Source: Nitrospirota bacterium (GTDB lineage Bacteria > Nitrospirota > UBA9217). Taken from it: a DNA stretch of 61,881 nucleotides. Under the pieces are notes generated by a model that was not told the origin of the DNA, did no database searches, and saw only the letters and a list, made by a program, of their open reading frames with translations. This document shows, in pieces, positions 41,174 through 50,220 of the stretch. Within the stretch, counting starts at the first letter, position 1. The number at the start of each line of letters is the position of its first letter. The DNA is taken from positions 1 to 61,881 of the forward strand of contig CAVVUN010000005.1 of NCBI GenBank assembly GCA_963751455.1. Reading direction: 5' to 3'. Position numbers and translations under genes: made by a program.

Positions 41174-41980
41174 ATGAACTACATTGACTTCCACACCCAC
41201 ATCTTCCCGGACAAAATCGCGAAGCAGGCAATGGATGCCCTTGCAGCGGAATCCGGGCACTACCAGCCCCACACGGACGGGACGCTCCGCGCCCTGCTCG
41301 AGTCCATGAAGACCGCCGGCATTTCCGCAAGCGTTGCGGCCAATATCGCAACCAGGCCAAGCCAGATGATGCCGATACTCAAATTTTGCAAACAGATCAG
41401 GAGCGAGGCCATCCACCCTCTCATCTCTTTCCACCCGTCGAACGATACGTATGACGTCGAGGATATGTTCGGCGAAGCCCAGCGCGAAGGACTTCGCGGA
41501 GTAAAGCTGCATCCCATGTACCAGGGCTTCTTCATCGACGACAAGTACATGTACGGCTTTTACGAGCTGATGGCGAGCTTCGGCTTTTACGTGATATTCC
41601 ACACCGGATACGATATCGCATTCCCGAACAATGAGCAGGCCGACGTCGAGCGCATCAAAAAAGTTGCGGACTGGTTCAAGGACCTTACGATCGTCTGTAC
41701 CCATGTAGGCGGATGGAAACAGTGGGATCGGATTGAGTGCTTACGGGGCTGCAGGAATGTCTACACCGAGACTTCCATGACGCTTTCCGAAATGGGCGAC
41801 GAAGAATTCATCAAGCTCATTTCGAAATTCGACGAGGACAGGGTTCTGTTCGGAAGCGACAGCCCCTGGACCCATCAGAAGGAAATGCTCGACCGGACCT
41901 TGAACCTGAAAATATCCGATCAGAGGAAAGAGAAGATGATGTATGGGAATGCAGCGAAGCTGCTGGGGTTGAAGAGTTAA
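41174..41980 (+). CDS. Amidohydrolase_2 family metal-dependent hydrolase
   Basis: IDFHTH, GVKLHP, FHTG, HVGG and FGSDSPW. Confidence 0.9.
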   Translation: MNYIDFHTHIFPDKIAKQAMDALAAESGHYQPHTDGTLRALLESMKTAGISASVAANIATRPSQMMPILKFCKQIRSEAIHPLISFHPSNDTYDVEDMFGEAQREGLRGVKLHPMYQGFFIDDKYMYGFYELMASFGFYVIFHTGYDIAFPNNEQADVERIKKVADWFKDLTIVCTHVGGWKQWDRIECLRGCRNVYTETSMTLSEMGDEEFIKLISKFDEDRVLFGSDSPWTHQKEMLDRTLNLKISDQRKEKMMYGNAAKLLGLKS

Positions 41981-42020
41981 TGAAGTAATTTAATAGGAAC
42001 CGAGTTTAAGATAACACCTG

Positions 42021-42248
42021 CTATTTTTCAAGAGCTTCCATGAACTCTTCAATCGTCATTCCTGCTCTTGCTATAAGGCTTCTCAGTGTACCGCGGGCTA
42101 CCGTTGGATGATTTGGGACGGACAATGTCGCGATGTGTCCTGTTTTAGTGAGGATTATATGACTGCCGCGCTGGCGGGCAACTTCCCAGCCAAGAGTCTC
42201 GAGCGTTTTCACAACTTCCCGAGGTCTCAGGACCGGGATAGGCGGCAT
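42021..42248 (-). CDS. hicA: HicA toxin
   Basis: RQRGSHIIL...SVPNH...GTLRSLI. The ATG overlaps the hicB stop (TAATG). Confidence 0.9.
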   Translation of the reverse strand: MPPIPVLRPREVVKTLETLGWEVARQRGSHIILTKTGHIATLSVPNHPTVARGTLRSLIARAGMTIEEFMEALEK

Positions 42249-42454
42249 TAAACGAGAACCTCGACTTGGCGGGTTGTGACGGTCAATGGCATTCCCTTCT
42301 CCGCCCTTACCTCCAAACACTCCTTTATGGCTTCCTGGATATTCTTCTCTGCTTCTTGCTCGGTTGCGCCCTGGCTGACACAGCCAGGAATAGATGGACA
42401 TTCGGCTATATACATCCCGTCTTCATCCTGAGTTATTGTTATAACGAACTTCAT
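42248..42454 (-). CDS. hicB: HicB antitoxin (short, no DNA-binding domain)
   Basis: DEDG.YIAECPSIPGCVSQG.T..EA..NI.EAI with an AGGAGG RBS. Confidence 0.9.
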   Translation of the reverse strand: MKFVITITQDEDGMYIAECPSIPGCVSQGATEQEAEKNIQEAIKECLEVRAEKGMPLTVTTRQVEVLV

Positions 42455-42511
42455 AACCGGGTTTCCTCCTTTGTATAATTTCATTCTATCCGAATACTGT
42501 CGCAAAATCAA

Positions 42512-43150
42512 TCACTGAAAAAAGTTGGCCCGTTCCGTCGGTCTTTCATCCTGATCCGGTTTACTCGTCTCCACATAGGCAATGCGGTCCGCCTGTATCT
42601 CATAGGCCCGTTCAATTAATCCGTTCGGATCTGCATCCTGGAACATATCAGGATGCAGCTTTAATTGCGCTATCAAGCGTTGCTCCAGGTCAGCTTGCGT
42701 GTCGGTCATCTCGTAATCTATAATGTGCCGAATCGCGATTTGCCGACCGCGAAGATGCCTGCAAACCAATATGGACCTATGGCATGTCATCGGGTCTTTT
42801 TCCGCGCACATCAGCGCAAGAACATATTTTTTTTCCAGCCCGAGCCTGATCCGCTCCAATCCATTCTTGAACAACTGTGAGTCCGCTATCTTTTGATGGA
42901 CTGCCTTCCCATCCACATAACACGAACGGTCTTTCGGCCTCGCTCCCAATTCTTCACCGAGGAAAACATAGTCAATTCCATGGGACTTAAGGAATGTATT
43001 GAGTGGTTCCCGATTGAACTGTGGATTCCGGCTGCTATACGGTACAGATCGCACGTCACACAATGCGCTTATTTTGTACTGTTTGAGAAGGACCGTAAAA
43101 TTATTTATTGATCGGTCCGATTAGCCGATAGTGAAAAGCATGTTACTCAT
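42512..43150 (-). pseudogene. DUF488 family protein with an in-frame TAA at codon 10
   Basis: Reads MSNMLFTIG*SDRS...DVRSVPYS...LMCAEKDP..CHR. The stop at 43121-43123 falls on the conserved TIG(H/Y)S position. Confidence 0.8.
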
Positions 43151-43364
43151 ATGATGCAAAGCTCAAGGCACAGCTTTCACCTACAAATTACAACGGAGCT
43201 CGGTGAAAGTTACTGATTATTGATTGAAATGTGGCATGAACGCTCTGCTTGAAAGAGCAATTTTCGCTCTTCTTCTCGTGAATGTTAATAATCCTGTTAT
43301 TCACAGAAATAACTGGAGAGACCTCTCGACGAATCAAAAGCAAACATGCAACCTCTCGCTGAAA

Positions 43365-43760
43365 TTAACTATCGTTTCCATCTTTATGCCTTCGTCTGAC
43401 TTGACCTAGCCCATACCCACCTAGGCCGACGCTAATTATAGTGGCTACAAGTTTAATTAGCTCCATAGCTGATGAATCTTTACCCTGATATATTAAAAAG
43501 CCAGCAAGTATCAAAACAAAAACGGCAATAATGGTTCCACTTATTAGCAAATTTCTATCACGTCTGTTATCATGTACGAAAATCCTTTCTTCAAAGTCAT
43601 ACGACTGTTTCTCCATATCTTTTTGCCCCTCGATATACGAAGTAACAAGTGGACCAGCTGCTTTCAATAGGTCTTCTAATGTTGGCTGCATTTGCGCGGT
43701 TTTATGAGGAGAACCATGTACCACGACCTCATTTTCTTCTATTTGATTATCTGAATTCAT
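43365..43760 (-). CDS. Small two-TM membrane protein
   Basis: AGGAGG RBS, hydrophilic N-terminus and two C-terminal hydrophobic helices. Confidence 0.7.
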   Translation of the reverse strand: MNSDNQIEENEVVVHGSPHKTAQMQPTLEDLLKAAGPLVTSYIEGQKDMEKQSYDFEERIFVHDNRRDRNLLISGTIIAVFVLILAGFLIYQGKDSSAMELIKLVATIISVGLGGYGLGQVRRRHKDGNDS

Positions 43761-43796
43761 TTTTTCCTCCTAGTATAGATTGATCTATGCTAAATT

Positions 43797-44786
43797 TTAC
43801 ACTTCACATAAGAACCAATATTCGTCCTTATCAAAAGTCGCATTCTTTGTGAAGTCGTGAGAGTACCTCGAGTTCTCGATGAAAACTTGTATTTTTTCTC
43901 CGACCGGGTATATATGGATATTGCCGCATTGATTGTTCGTAAAATAGAGAAGATTTCGATAGTTCCATGCGGAATAAGCCAAGTGGTCGCTTGGTGCACA
44001 TCCAAAAAATGTAACGCGCGGGTTAACTGTGTCGAGAAAAGAGTAGTTTCGTTCAGATTTCCGTCCATGATGTGGCGCAAAAAGGACTGCAACATTTGTG
44101 ACTAAATCTTTGTGTTTGTCAAGTATGTATTCCCAAGTTTTATCGTTCGAATCTCCTGCGAATATAATTCGGCCTGCCGAACTGCGATAAACGATAACAT
44201 ATGACGCATCGTTAATATCTCCGCCATCATTAGCAATCCTTATAAGTTCCTCATTAGGCGACACAATGGAGATGTAATCTCCGTTTCCCTCTTTTTTATC
44301 GTTGTCGGCATTCCAATATATATTTGTGTCACCCGCGCGCGGCGTAATTACGCTTGTATTTTCGACTTTTCCCGCAATAATGTTCTGATAGAAATCCCAG
44401 TCGTCTTCACTATATGGGCATCCATTATTGAAATCAGGTTTCTCTCTCCGTATGCCACAATCCCAAAAATGCTTAACCGTTATCTTTCGAAAAAGATTCT
44501 TGATTCCATCCATATGATCCATATCGGGATGAGTCAAAATGAATCGCCAAATCGAAAAGATTCCTTTGCTCTCAAGGTAATCTATCGGATTAGTTGGGTA
44601 AGCGCACATGTTATAATTACCTAAAGGTTTCTGTGCTCGGCGCTCCTCGAACTCTGCCTTTGATATCTGTTCAAAATTTCCACAGCAAACGTCAATCATA
44701 GTGATACGATTACTGGAGCGTTCGAGAAGAAAACAGTCGCCCTCCTGGACATTCAGACAGTGTATTTTGGGATCAGGCATTGTCAT
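43797..44786 (-). CDS. ComEC/Rec2-type metallo-beta-lactamase-fold hydrolase (putative nuclease)
   Basis: LNVQEGDC, THPDMDHMDG, NDASYV, FAGDS and PHHG motifs. Confidence 0.88.
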   Translation of the reverse strand: MTMPDPKIHCLNVQEGDCFLLERSSNRITMIDVCCGNFEQISKAEFEERRAQKPLGNYNMCAYPTNPIDYLESKGIFSIWRFILTHPDMDHMDGIKNLFRKITVKHFWDCGIRREKPDFNNGCPYSEDDWDFYQNIIAGKVENTSVITPRAGDTNIYWNADNDKKEGNGDYISIVSPNEELIRIANDGGDINDASYVIVYRSSAGRIIFAGDSNDKTWEYILDKHKDLVTNVAVLFAPHHGRKSERNYSFLDTVNPRVTFFGCAPSDHLAYSAWNYRNLLYFTNNQCGNIHIYPVGEKIQVFIENSRYSHDFTKNATFDKDEYWFLCEV

Positions 44787-45234
44787 CCTCCTTTGCCGAC
44801 GTACGGCTCTTCTTGATGCCCCATGTTACTTGTGCAATGTCTTCTACTTTATCAATAAACTTATCGACATTAAGCCCGGCAATGAATGCAAGGGCATAGA
44901 AAGCGAGATTTGTTGGGCTGTCAGACTGTTTTGCTTCAAGAACGATTAACCCAGCTTTCAAAAATAAGCTGCTTATTACCCCGGTTATTATGCTCACAAT
45001 CGGTCGAATGAAGTACCACGGCAGCCACTTTTCACTCCATCGATCATAAACGCAGGCATTCAGATAGACTCCTCTAAGGCAGTAAGTTATTCCACCGATA
45101 CCGCCGCTAATTCCACAATAGAAAGCGAGCCTCAGTGAATCTGATGGGAGATCAATTTTTCCAAGGAGCAACAGCAAGCCGACAACGCAGTAGCTAGACA
45201 AGAGTAGAATTAAATATAAAAAAACACGTTTCAT
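44773..45234 (-). CDS. Membrane protein with 3-4 TM helices
   Basis: Hydrophobic segments with 'GGIGG', 'WYFIRPIVS' and 'AFIAGL'. Its stop overlaps the MBL start; AAGGTGAGG RBS. Confidence 0.75.
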   Translation of the reverse strand: MKRVFLYLILLLSSYCVVGLLLLLGKIDLPSDSLRLAFYCGISGGIGGITYCLRGVYLNACVYDRWSEKWLPWYFIRPIVSIITGVISSLFLKAGLIVLEAKQSDSPTNLAFYALAFIAGLNVDKFIDKVEDIAQVTWGIKKSRTSAKEDDNA

Positions 45235-45372
45235 ATGTAGATCCTCACCTTTGCGGTATTTAAGGTCCTCGTAATGAATTAGAAATGGATATTTTGCAAA
45301 AAATAGAAAATATATCTTAGCCGAATGTTCCTCGGTTAGGGCTGTTGTTATTGACCGCGTGACTTCCTCATT

Positions 45373-45879
45373 TCAAGCCCCTTCTGCTTTACAACTGTAA
45401 AGATATATTTCCGCTATCTCTTGGATTATGATTTTCCCTTCGTTTGTTGATGTATAGTTCCACACGGCGATTTTCCACTTCCTCTTTCCGGATAATATTG
45501 CCATTACCGGGTTCCGTGCCCTAGCACTTTTGCAACGCGCTATATTATCAAGTGTTGCAATGTCCCTTATGCTGAGCGACCCGAATCCGTCAGGGTGTGT
45601 ATGCCAATCTCCCAAATATGTGTGCCGGCGCCCTGACTCTTTATAGAGTCGAGCCACCTCCTGATCATGCCAAGTATAATCGGGAGTAAATGTCCCTACC
45701 TCATGTTTTGCCGACTTACCAGGCCCTATTACATCAACAATAACTACCTCGGTTTCCATAAAATATCCAATCAGGATGCCGCCTGTCTCAAGGGGATGCC
45801 TCAGATTGGCTTCCTGGAGCATCTTCTCTGCTGCTTCTATTTTGATCCAAACTTTTTTCTTTATTGATGGTTTTTGCAT
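45373..45879 (-). CDS. JAB/JAMM (Mov34/MPN+) metallo-isopeptidase
   Basis: ETGGILIG and YLGDWHTHP-x5-S-x2-D JAMM motif. Overlaps the 3' end of the E1 gene. Confidence 0.93.
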   Translation of the reverse strand: MQKPSIKKKVWIKIEAAEKMLQEANLRHPLETGGILIGYFMETEVVIVDVIGPGKSAKHEVGTFTPDYTWHDQEVARLYKESGRRHTYLGDWHTHPDGFGSLSIRDIATLDNIARCKSARARNPVMAILSGKRKWKIAVWNYTSTNEGKIIIQEIAEIYLYSCKAEGA

Positions 45880-47671
45880 GCAGGATGTCTAACAATCGAT
45901 TGGGTTATTCTTTCTATCGGGATCGCGTTGCCGGATGCATCCCGAAGATTGATAATTTCAATGTCCCACGGTATCCGAGGATACCCTCCCTGAATCCCTT
46001 CCATAACTGTTGAAATAGCCATTCGAACGCCGGCCAGGGATGTTTGAAGAGCGTCAAAGTTATTGCCGGTAAAAGTTGGGTCGCTGCAGCCCGCAGGGAT
46101 TACCTCGCCGACCGTCGTCTCATCTGCATTTGGAACAGGAATCTTTTTCTCCTCTATAGAGTGCCGTAGACAGTGACAACAGCCGTCCGATTCTCCATGT
46201 CTAAACCGCGCGACCATTCCTCCCCACGTACCGTTTGTTGCTGAAATAAATATATAAGGGATCCCCTTTCTCTGGCCATATCTGCCAAAAAATTCTGAAC
46301 GCCTTCATCCGCCGTAGCGTCAACGATGACATCAGCTTCGTTCAACATCTGCTCAACAATATCGTTTAAGGTGAGCGACACTTGCTCTTTACCATACAGA
46401 GATTGATCTCCTATTCTGGCATCATAACCAATCACCTTTGTATAGGGATAGTTCTTATTTAAAAGTTCCATGACCGCAATTGTTTTTCGTTTCCCCACTG
46501 CAGACAAGCCTATTATCCATCGTACTCCGTTACCCGCCGAGACCGTATCACAGTCAAGGATTCTCAGCTCACCGATGCCCGCTTTAGCAAATTCAATGGC
46601 ACAGGGAGATCCTATACAACCAAGACCAAACAGTGCGATTTTTTTCTCTGCCAAACCCCTCAGTTCCGGTACTCTACTGCTCATATCATCCTTTCCGGCT
46701 CTTTCTCCCTTGATAAAGAAAGGCTGTGTCTTTATTGTTGTAATTTTTTTTCCGCTCTTGATCGCCCTTTCCTGCCTAAAAATCCATCGAGCTATAAATA
46801 TCCAGGAGAGCGTTCCATCACTATCTCGATGAGACGTTTCATCTTCATATACGGACGCCACAACGTCTATCTTGAGATCTATCTCCCCTGGCACATCTGT
46901 TTTAATATTCCGTGCTGGCTGGGGTATAGTAGTTAAAATTGCAGGATTTTCTTTCGCCAATTGTTCAATGTATTGTTGTGGTTCGTTGCTTACGATCGGC
47001 TTATCTGTATGCTGCCATCTACCTTTAACTTTATGCGGATATAGCTTTGCTATAGATGGCGCTGCTGTGTACAGAATTTTGTTATTTCGATCTTTGACCT
47101 CGATAACTGCTCCCGCAAGCACGCTATGTTTGTCTGATGCCATGAATCCGACGACGAGGGCGCCATTCGGTCCTGCAAGCTTCCATTTGCTATCAATGAT
47201 GATATATGTACCTGGCGTAAAATCCATGTACCTTTCAACAGGTTCTGGATCACGAGATTCTAATTTATAACCACAGAGCGTTTCATGCGCCAGGACCTCT
47301 TCCTTGCTCGCCAGCTGGTTTGCTATCCTGATTTGCGCGAGCTGAGAGGAGAGAACAGCTGCGGCAGTATCTTCATAATGCCATTCCTGAGCAGACGCCG
47401 TAAGTAGGCAAAGGTTCTTTTGAAACAGTTGTTGATGGTACCGGAGGTTGAGTTCCGGAGCAACAGCCATGAATCGAAAATATGGATAATGGTCAGGGTA
47501 AACGATTTCAAGGTAAATCATCTCCGACCCTATCGGGAATCTCCCTTTAAGAACAACGACGCCTCTTTCAAATAGGTTTCTATCCACTTTGAAAGAGGCG
47601 CCTAATTTCGCGAGTGCTTTGAGCTCAAACTTGAGTCGCCCGCGATGGCGTTTCCACCATTTTTCTGCCAT
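45861..47671 (-). CDS. E2(UBC-like)-E1(ThiF) fusion protein, ~600 aa, split by a 1-bp deletion near 46263-46269
   Basis: N-terminal 'YPDHYPY...HQ...NLCLL...W' (E2 Cys). ThiF part has GLGCIGS, LDCDTV..GN.VR, GKRK and IVDATAD. After the frameshift it reads GIPYIFISAT.G.WGG, CCHC, PAGCSDPTF (E1 Cys) and HPAC. Confidence 0.88.
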
Positions 47672-47693
47672 TTCCTTTTTCTCCCACTTTGTG

Positions 47694-47828
47694 TTATCCT
47701 ACTTGCCTGTGATGTGATGGCTTAGGCGGTGATGCCGGACCAGGCGGCACCGGCGGATGATGCGGATGCTCCGGGTGTTCGGGATGGCCTGGCCGCTTTT
47801 CGTCATCCTTCTTATTTTCCTGACTCAT
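47694..47828 (-). CDS. Unannotated 44-aa His/Pro-rich peptide ending in Gly: MSQENKKDDEKRPGHPEHPEHPHHPPVPPGPASPPKPSHHRQVG
   Basis: Hand-translated from ATG 47828 to TAA 47694. AAAGGAGGGG RBS, first ORF after a consensus promoter, 22 nt before the E2-E1 start. Confidence 0.8.
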   Translation of the reverse strand: MSQENKKDDEKRPGHPEHPEHPHHPPVPPGPASPPKPSHHRQVG

Positions 47829-47952
47829 AGTTGTTGGCCCCTCCTTTCATCGGGATTGCTAACTACGAACGTAGAGTTAGCACTTATTACATGAGCTTTT
47901 TAGATATCATAAGTTAAATTGATCTTTTAAATACGTCAGTCAAACTTTCATT

Positions 47953-47982
47953 ATTATAATTCAAGAGCCTATGGTTTGTCAA
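47953..47982 (-). promoter_or_regulatory. Consensus sigma70 promoter of the peptide/E2-E1/JAB operon
   Basis: TTGACA-N18-TATAAT on the minus strand. Confidence 0.8.
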
Positions 47983-47992
47983 GATAAAGTAC

Positions 47993-48007
47993 TTGAATTA
48001 AATTCAA
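47993..48007. promoter_or_regulatory. Palindromic candidate operator
   Basis: TTGAATT-a-AATTCAA, 10 bp upstream of the -35 box. Confidence 0.45.
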
Positions 48008-48088
48008 TAAAATCAATGCTATACATTTTCCTAAAAAAATAATTAATAAGGTCATTTAAATTATTTAAAAAAACATAGTCATTTAAAT

Positions 48089-48115
48089 TTGACAAATAGG
48101 ATTTAGTGGTATAAT
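48089..48115 (+). promoter_or_regulatory. sigma70 promoter of the HTH/peptidase pair
   Basis: TTGACA-N15-TATAAT with an extended -10 (TGgTATAAT). Preceded by the direct repeat GTCATTTAAATT at 48051 and 48078. Confidence 0.65.
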
Positions 48116-48163
48116 ATTTCCAACTTAGAAACTCTCCTACCGATTCTTTCTGGAATTTCTCTC

Positions 48164-48505
48164 ATGCTTTGGGTTTACGGCATAATAGGCAAAAAAATAT
48201 ACGACCAGCGAAAGGCCTCAGGAAAAAGCCAAGAAGAATTGGGGAAGATTCTAGATCTTACCAGGACTTCAATCGCAAATTTCGAAGCAGGCACGCAGGC
48301 AGTTTCAATAAGTGACCTTTATAAAATTGCCTTATTTTTTAACAAAGACATAAATGACTTTTTACCAACTACCGACGAGGTCAAAAATTTACAAAAAAAG
48401 CCAGAAGAAAAGGTAATAGAAGATGGTTCTTTGGATGAGACAACAAGATCTGAGCTATCTGCATTTCTTCAAAGGATAAAAGAAGAGAAGAGTAAAAATA
48501 GTTAG
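48164..48505 (+). CDS. XRE/Cro-C1 HTH transcriptional regulator
   Basis: IGKKI...RK..GKSQEELG..L.LTRTSIANFEAG.Q. Confidence 0.9.
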   Translation: MLWVYGIIGKKIYDQRKASGKSQEELGKILDLTRTSIANFEAGTQAVSISDLYKIALFFNKDINDFLPTTDEVKNLQKKPEEKVIEDGSLDETTRSELSAFLQRIKEEKSKNS

Positions 48506-48518
48506 GAAAGGAGCAAAT

Positions 48519-49016
48519 ATGCGCGGCTCAAGTTCAGCCAAAAGGCAAGCTAGAAGAATTAGAGCTAAGCTGGAGAGCAATCAGAGAGATATAGACATTA
48601 AGCAGGTAGCAGAATCACAGGGTATTCGAGTTTATGAAGAGGATTTTAGTGGCGATACTATCTCCGGACTTATGCTGAGAGATGAAAAGGGTTACATTAT
48701 TGCCGTAAATAAGGGACACGCAGATACTAGAAAGAGATTTACAATTGCTCATGAGCTCGGCCACTTCTTATTACATAAACAAGAAAACTTGCACTATGAT
48801 CTTCAGCAGAATGGTAAAGAAGTTTTCTTTAGAGCTGATGGCATCATAAGCTCTCATGAAAGAGAAGCTAACCATTTTGCTGCCGAACTTCTCATGCCAG
48901 AAGATATGATTCGTGAAGACTTCCAGGATAATCCAGACATAAACAAGTTAGCTAACATATATAAAGTAAGTGAATCAGCGATGATGTATAGACTATCTAA
49001 TTTGAACCTTGTGTAG
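48519..49016 (+). CDS. ImmA/IrrE family Zn metallopeptidase
   Basis: RKRFTIAHELGH and EREANHFAAELLMP. Confidence 0.93.
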   Translation: MRGSSSAKRQARRIRAKLESNQRDIDIKQVAESQGIRVYEEDFSGDTISGLMLRDEKGYIIAVNKGHADTRKRFTIAHELGHFLLHKQENLHYDLQQNGKEVFFRADGIISSHEREANHFAAELLMPEDMIREDFQDNPDINKLANIYKVSESAMMYRLSNLNLV

Positions 49017-49340
49017 TTTCGGATAACTGATACTCGCCTGGCAATGAAACAAAAAGAAAGGCTTAGAGAATTTTTAACTCTAAGCCTTTTCATTTTCCTT
49101 AAATACGCCGCTTAACACTGTCTTCTCAGGGTGCAGGTCTATACTGTTTACCTTTCCCCCGAGTGGGCTCTCGGGTACACAACTGAGTGATCGCCGATCA
49201 TCTTGGATGCACTTCCCGTTCGAGATGGGAAACTTCTCTCCCGATTTTCTATCAAGATTAAAACCCGCGGCTAGAGACAAATATTGGGGTCGGGTCGAAG
49301 TCCCCTGGGTCAAATCTCATTTATCCAAAACGAAGCAGAA

Positions 49341-49464
49341 GACCACGTGGCGTTAGCCCGTGGTTGAATGCGTCCCTCTTGTTTCCCTCCTCCTTCAGGG
49401 GGAGTTAGGAGGGGGTGCTTCTTTTGAATTCAAGTGCCACGGGCGTAAGCCCGTGGGTATCTAC
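49341..49464. mobile_element. Possible non-autonomous IS200/IS605-like or REP-like miniature element
   Basis: Two related hairpins, ccacg(t)ggcgttagcccgtgg and ccacgggcgtaagcccgtgg, flank a ccctcctccttcagggggag hairpin. No transposase. Confidence 0.4.
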
Positions 49465-49843
49465 TGACAAGGAGTAACCATATTGCGTTTGCCCTTCGCT
49501 TGCCTACTGCCACTCGGTACTTTGTCCTGCTCTCTTTCGCTATAAATCCGATGCCGTATTCAGTAAAAACATTACACGCTTTGAAAACGTCAGGCAAAAC
49601 GATGGATATTCCTTCGCACCGCCTGGTTTGGACACGTATCTCAACTCCATAAAGCTGCGCCAATAAGAGCCTGCATGACCTGCACAGCATCATATCCAAA
49701 AAGCCGTTGTAAATATACCGCAAAGCGGTATCGACTTTTTCCCCACTTGGTCCCGAGTTAGTCCCTGACTCTAGCCGTGACTCTGGCCGTGAGCGCCCCC
49801 TCTCCCTCCACCTCTCTCGCAAGGGGCGAGGAAACCGGGTGCA

Positions 49844-50206
49844 TTATGCATTCTCCTCGATGATATGTTTCCCTTTTTCGGTCAGCCGGTATTTCTGTAG
49901 ACGGCTGTTTGGCTTGTCCGGAATGGTATATTCAACCAGTTCTTGGGTAAGCAACTCACCCACAGTTTTTTTCAAAACTCCGGTCTTGCTTCTCAGCCCC
50001 AGGGTATTCACCAATTCGTTCATGGAAAGCGGTCCTTGCCGCAGGGCGCGCATGATTTGATTCGACTGGGCCTCTGACCGGGCTCCCTGCTCGACTTGAA
50101 CAACTGCTTCAGAAACGGCTTTACGCCAAAGCGTCAGGATGAAATATCCGGAATCTATACGGAACTCGGGCTGCCGTATGCCTGCGGTCCGGCAGCGTTC
50201 GAGCAT
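49844..50206 (-). pseudogene. C-terminal fragment of a RecG-C/Fic-associated winged-helix protein
   Basis: 'EYTIPDKPNSRLQKYRLTEKG' terminal motif; N-terminal domains are absent. Confidence 0.6.
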
Positions 50207-50220
50207 ATCGACAGTTCACC

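Noticed and set aside
46255-46275. Programmed -1 frameshift in E2-E1
   Set aside because: There is no in-frame canonical slippery heptamer, and similar indels occur in unrelated genes of the window.
45373-47671. Calling the locus CBASS/Pycsar (cap2/cap3) or a ThiF/MoeB cofactor operon
   Set aside because: There is no CD-NTase or nucleotide cyclase, no ThiS/MoaD, and no thiamine or molybdopterin genes nearby. An E2 domain is present.
49430-49822. 130-aa minus-strand ORF
   Set aside because: It starts and ends within repeat elements, has no RBS and no recognisable domain.
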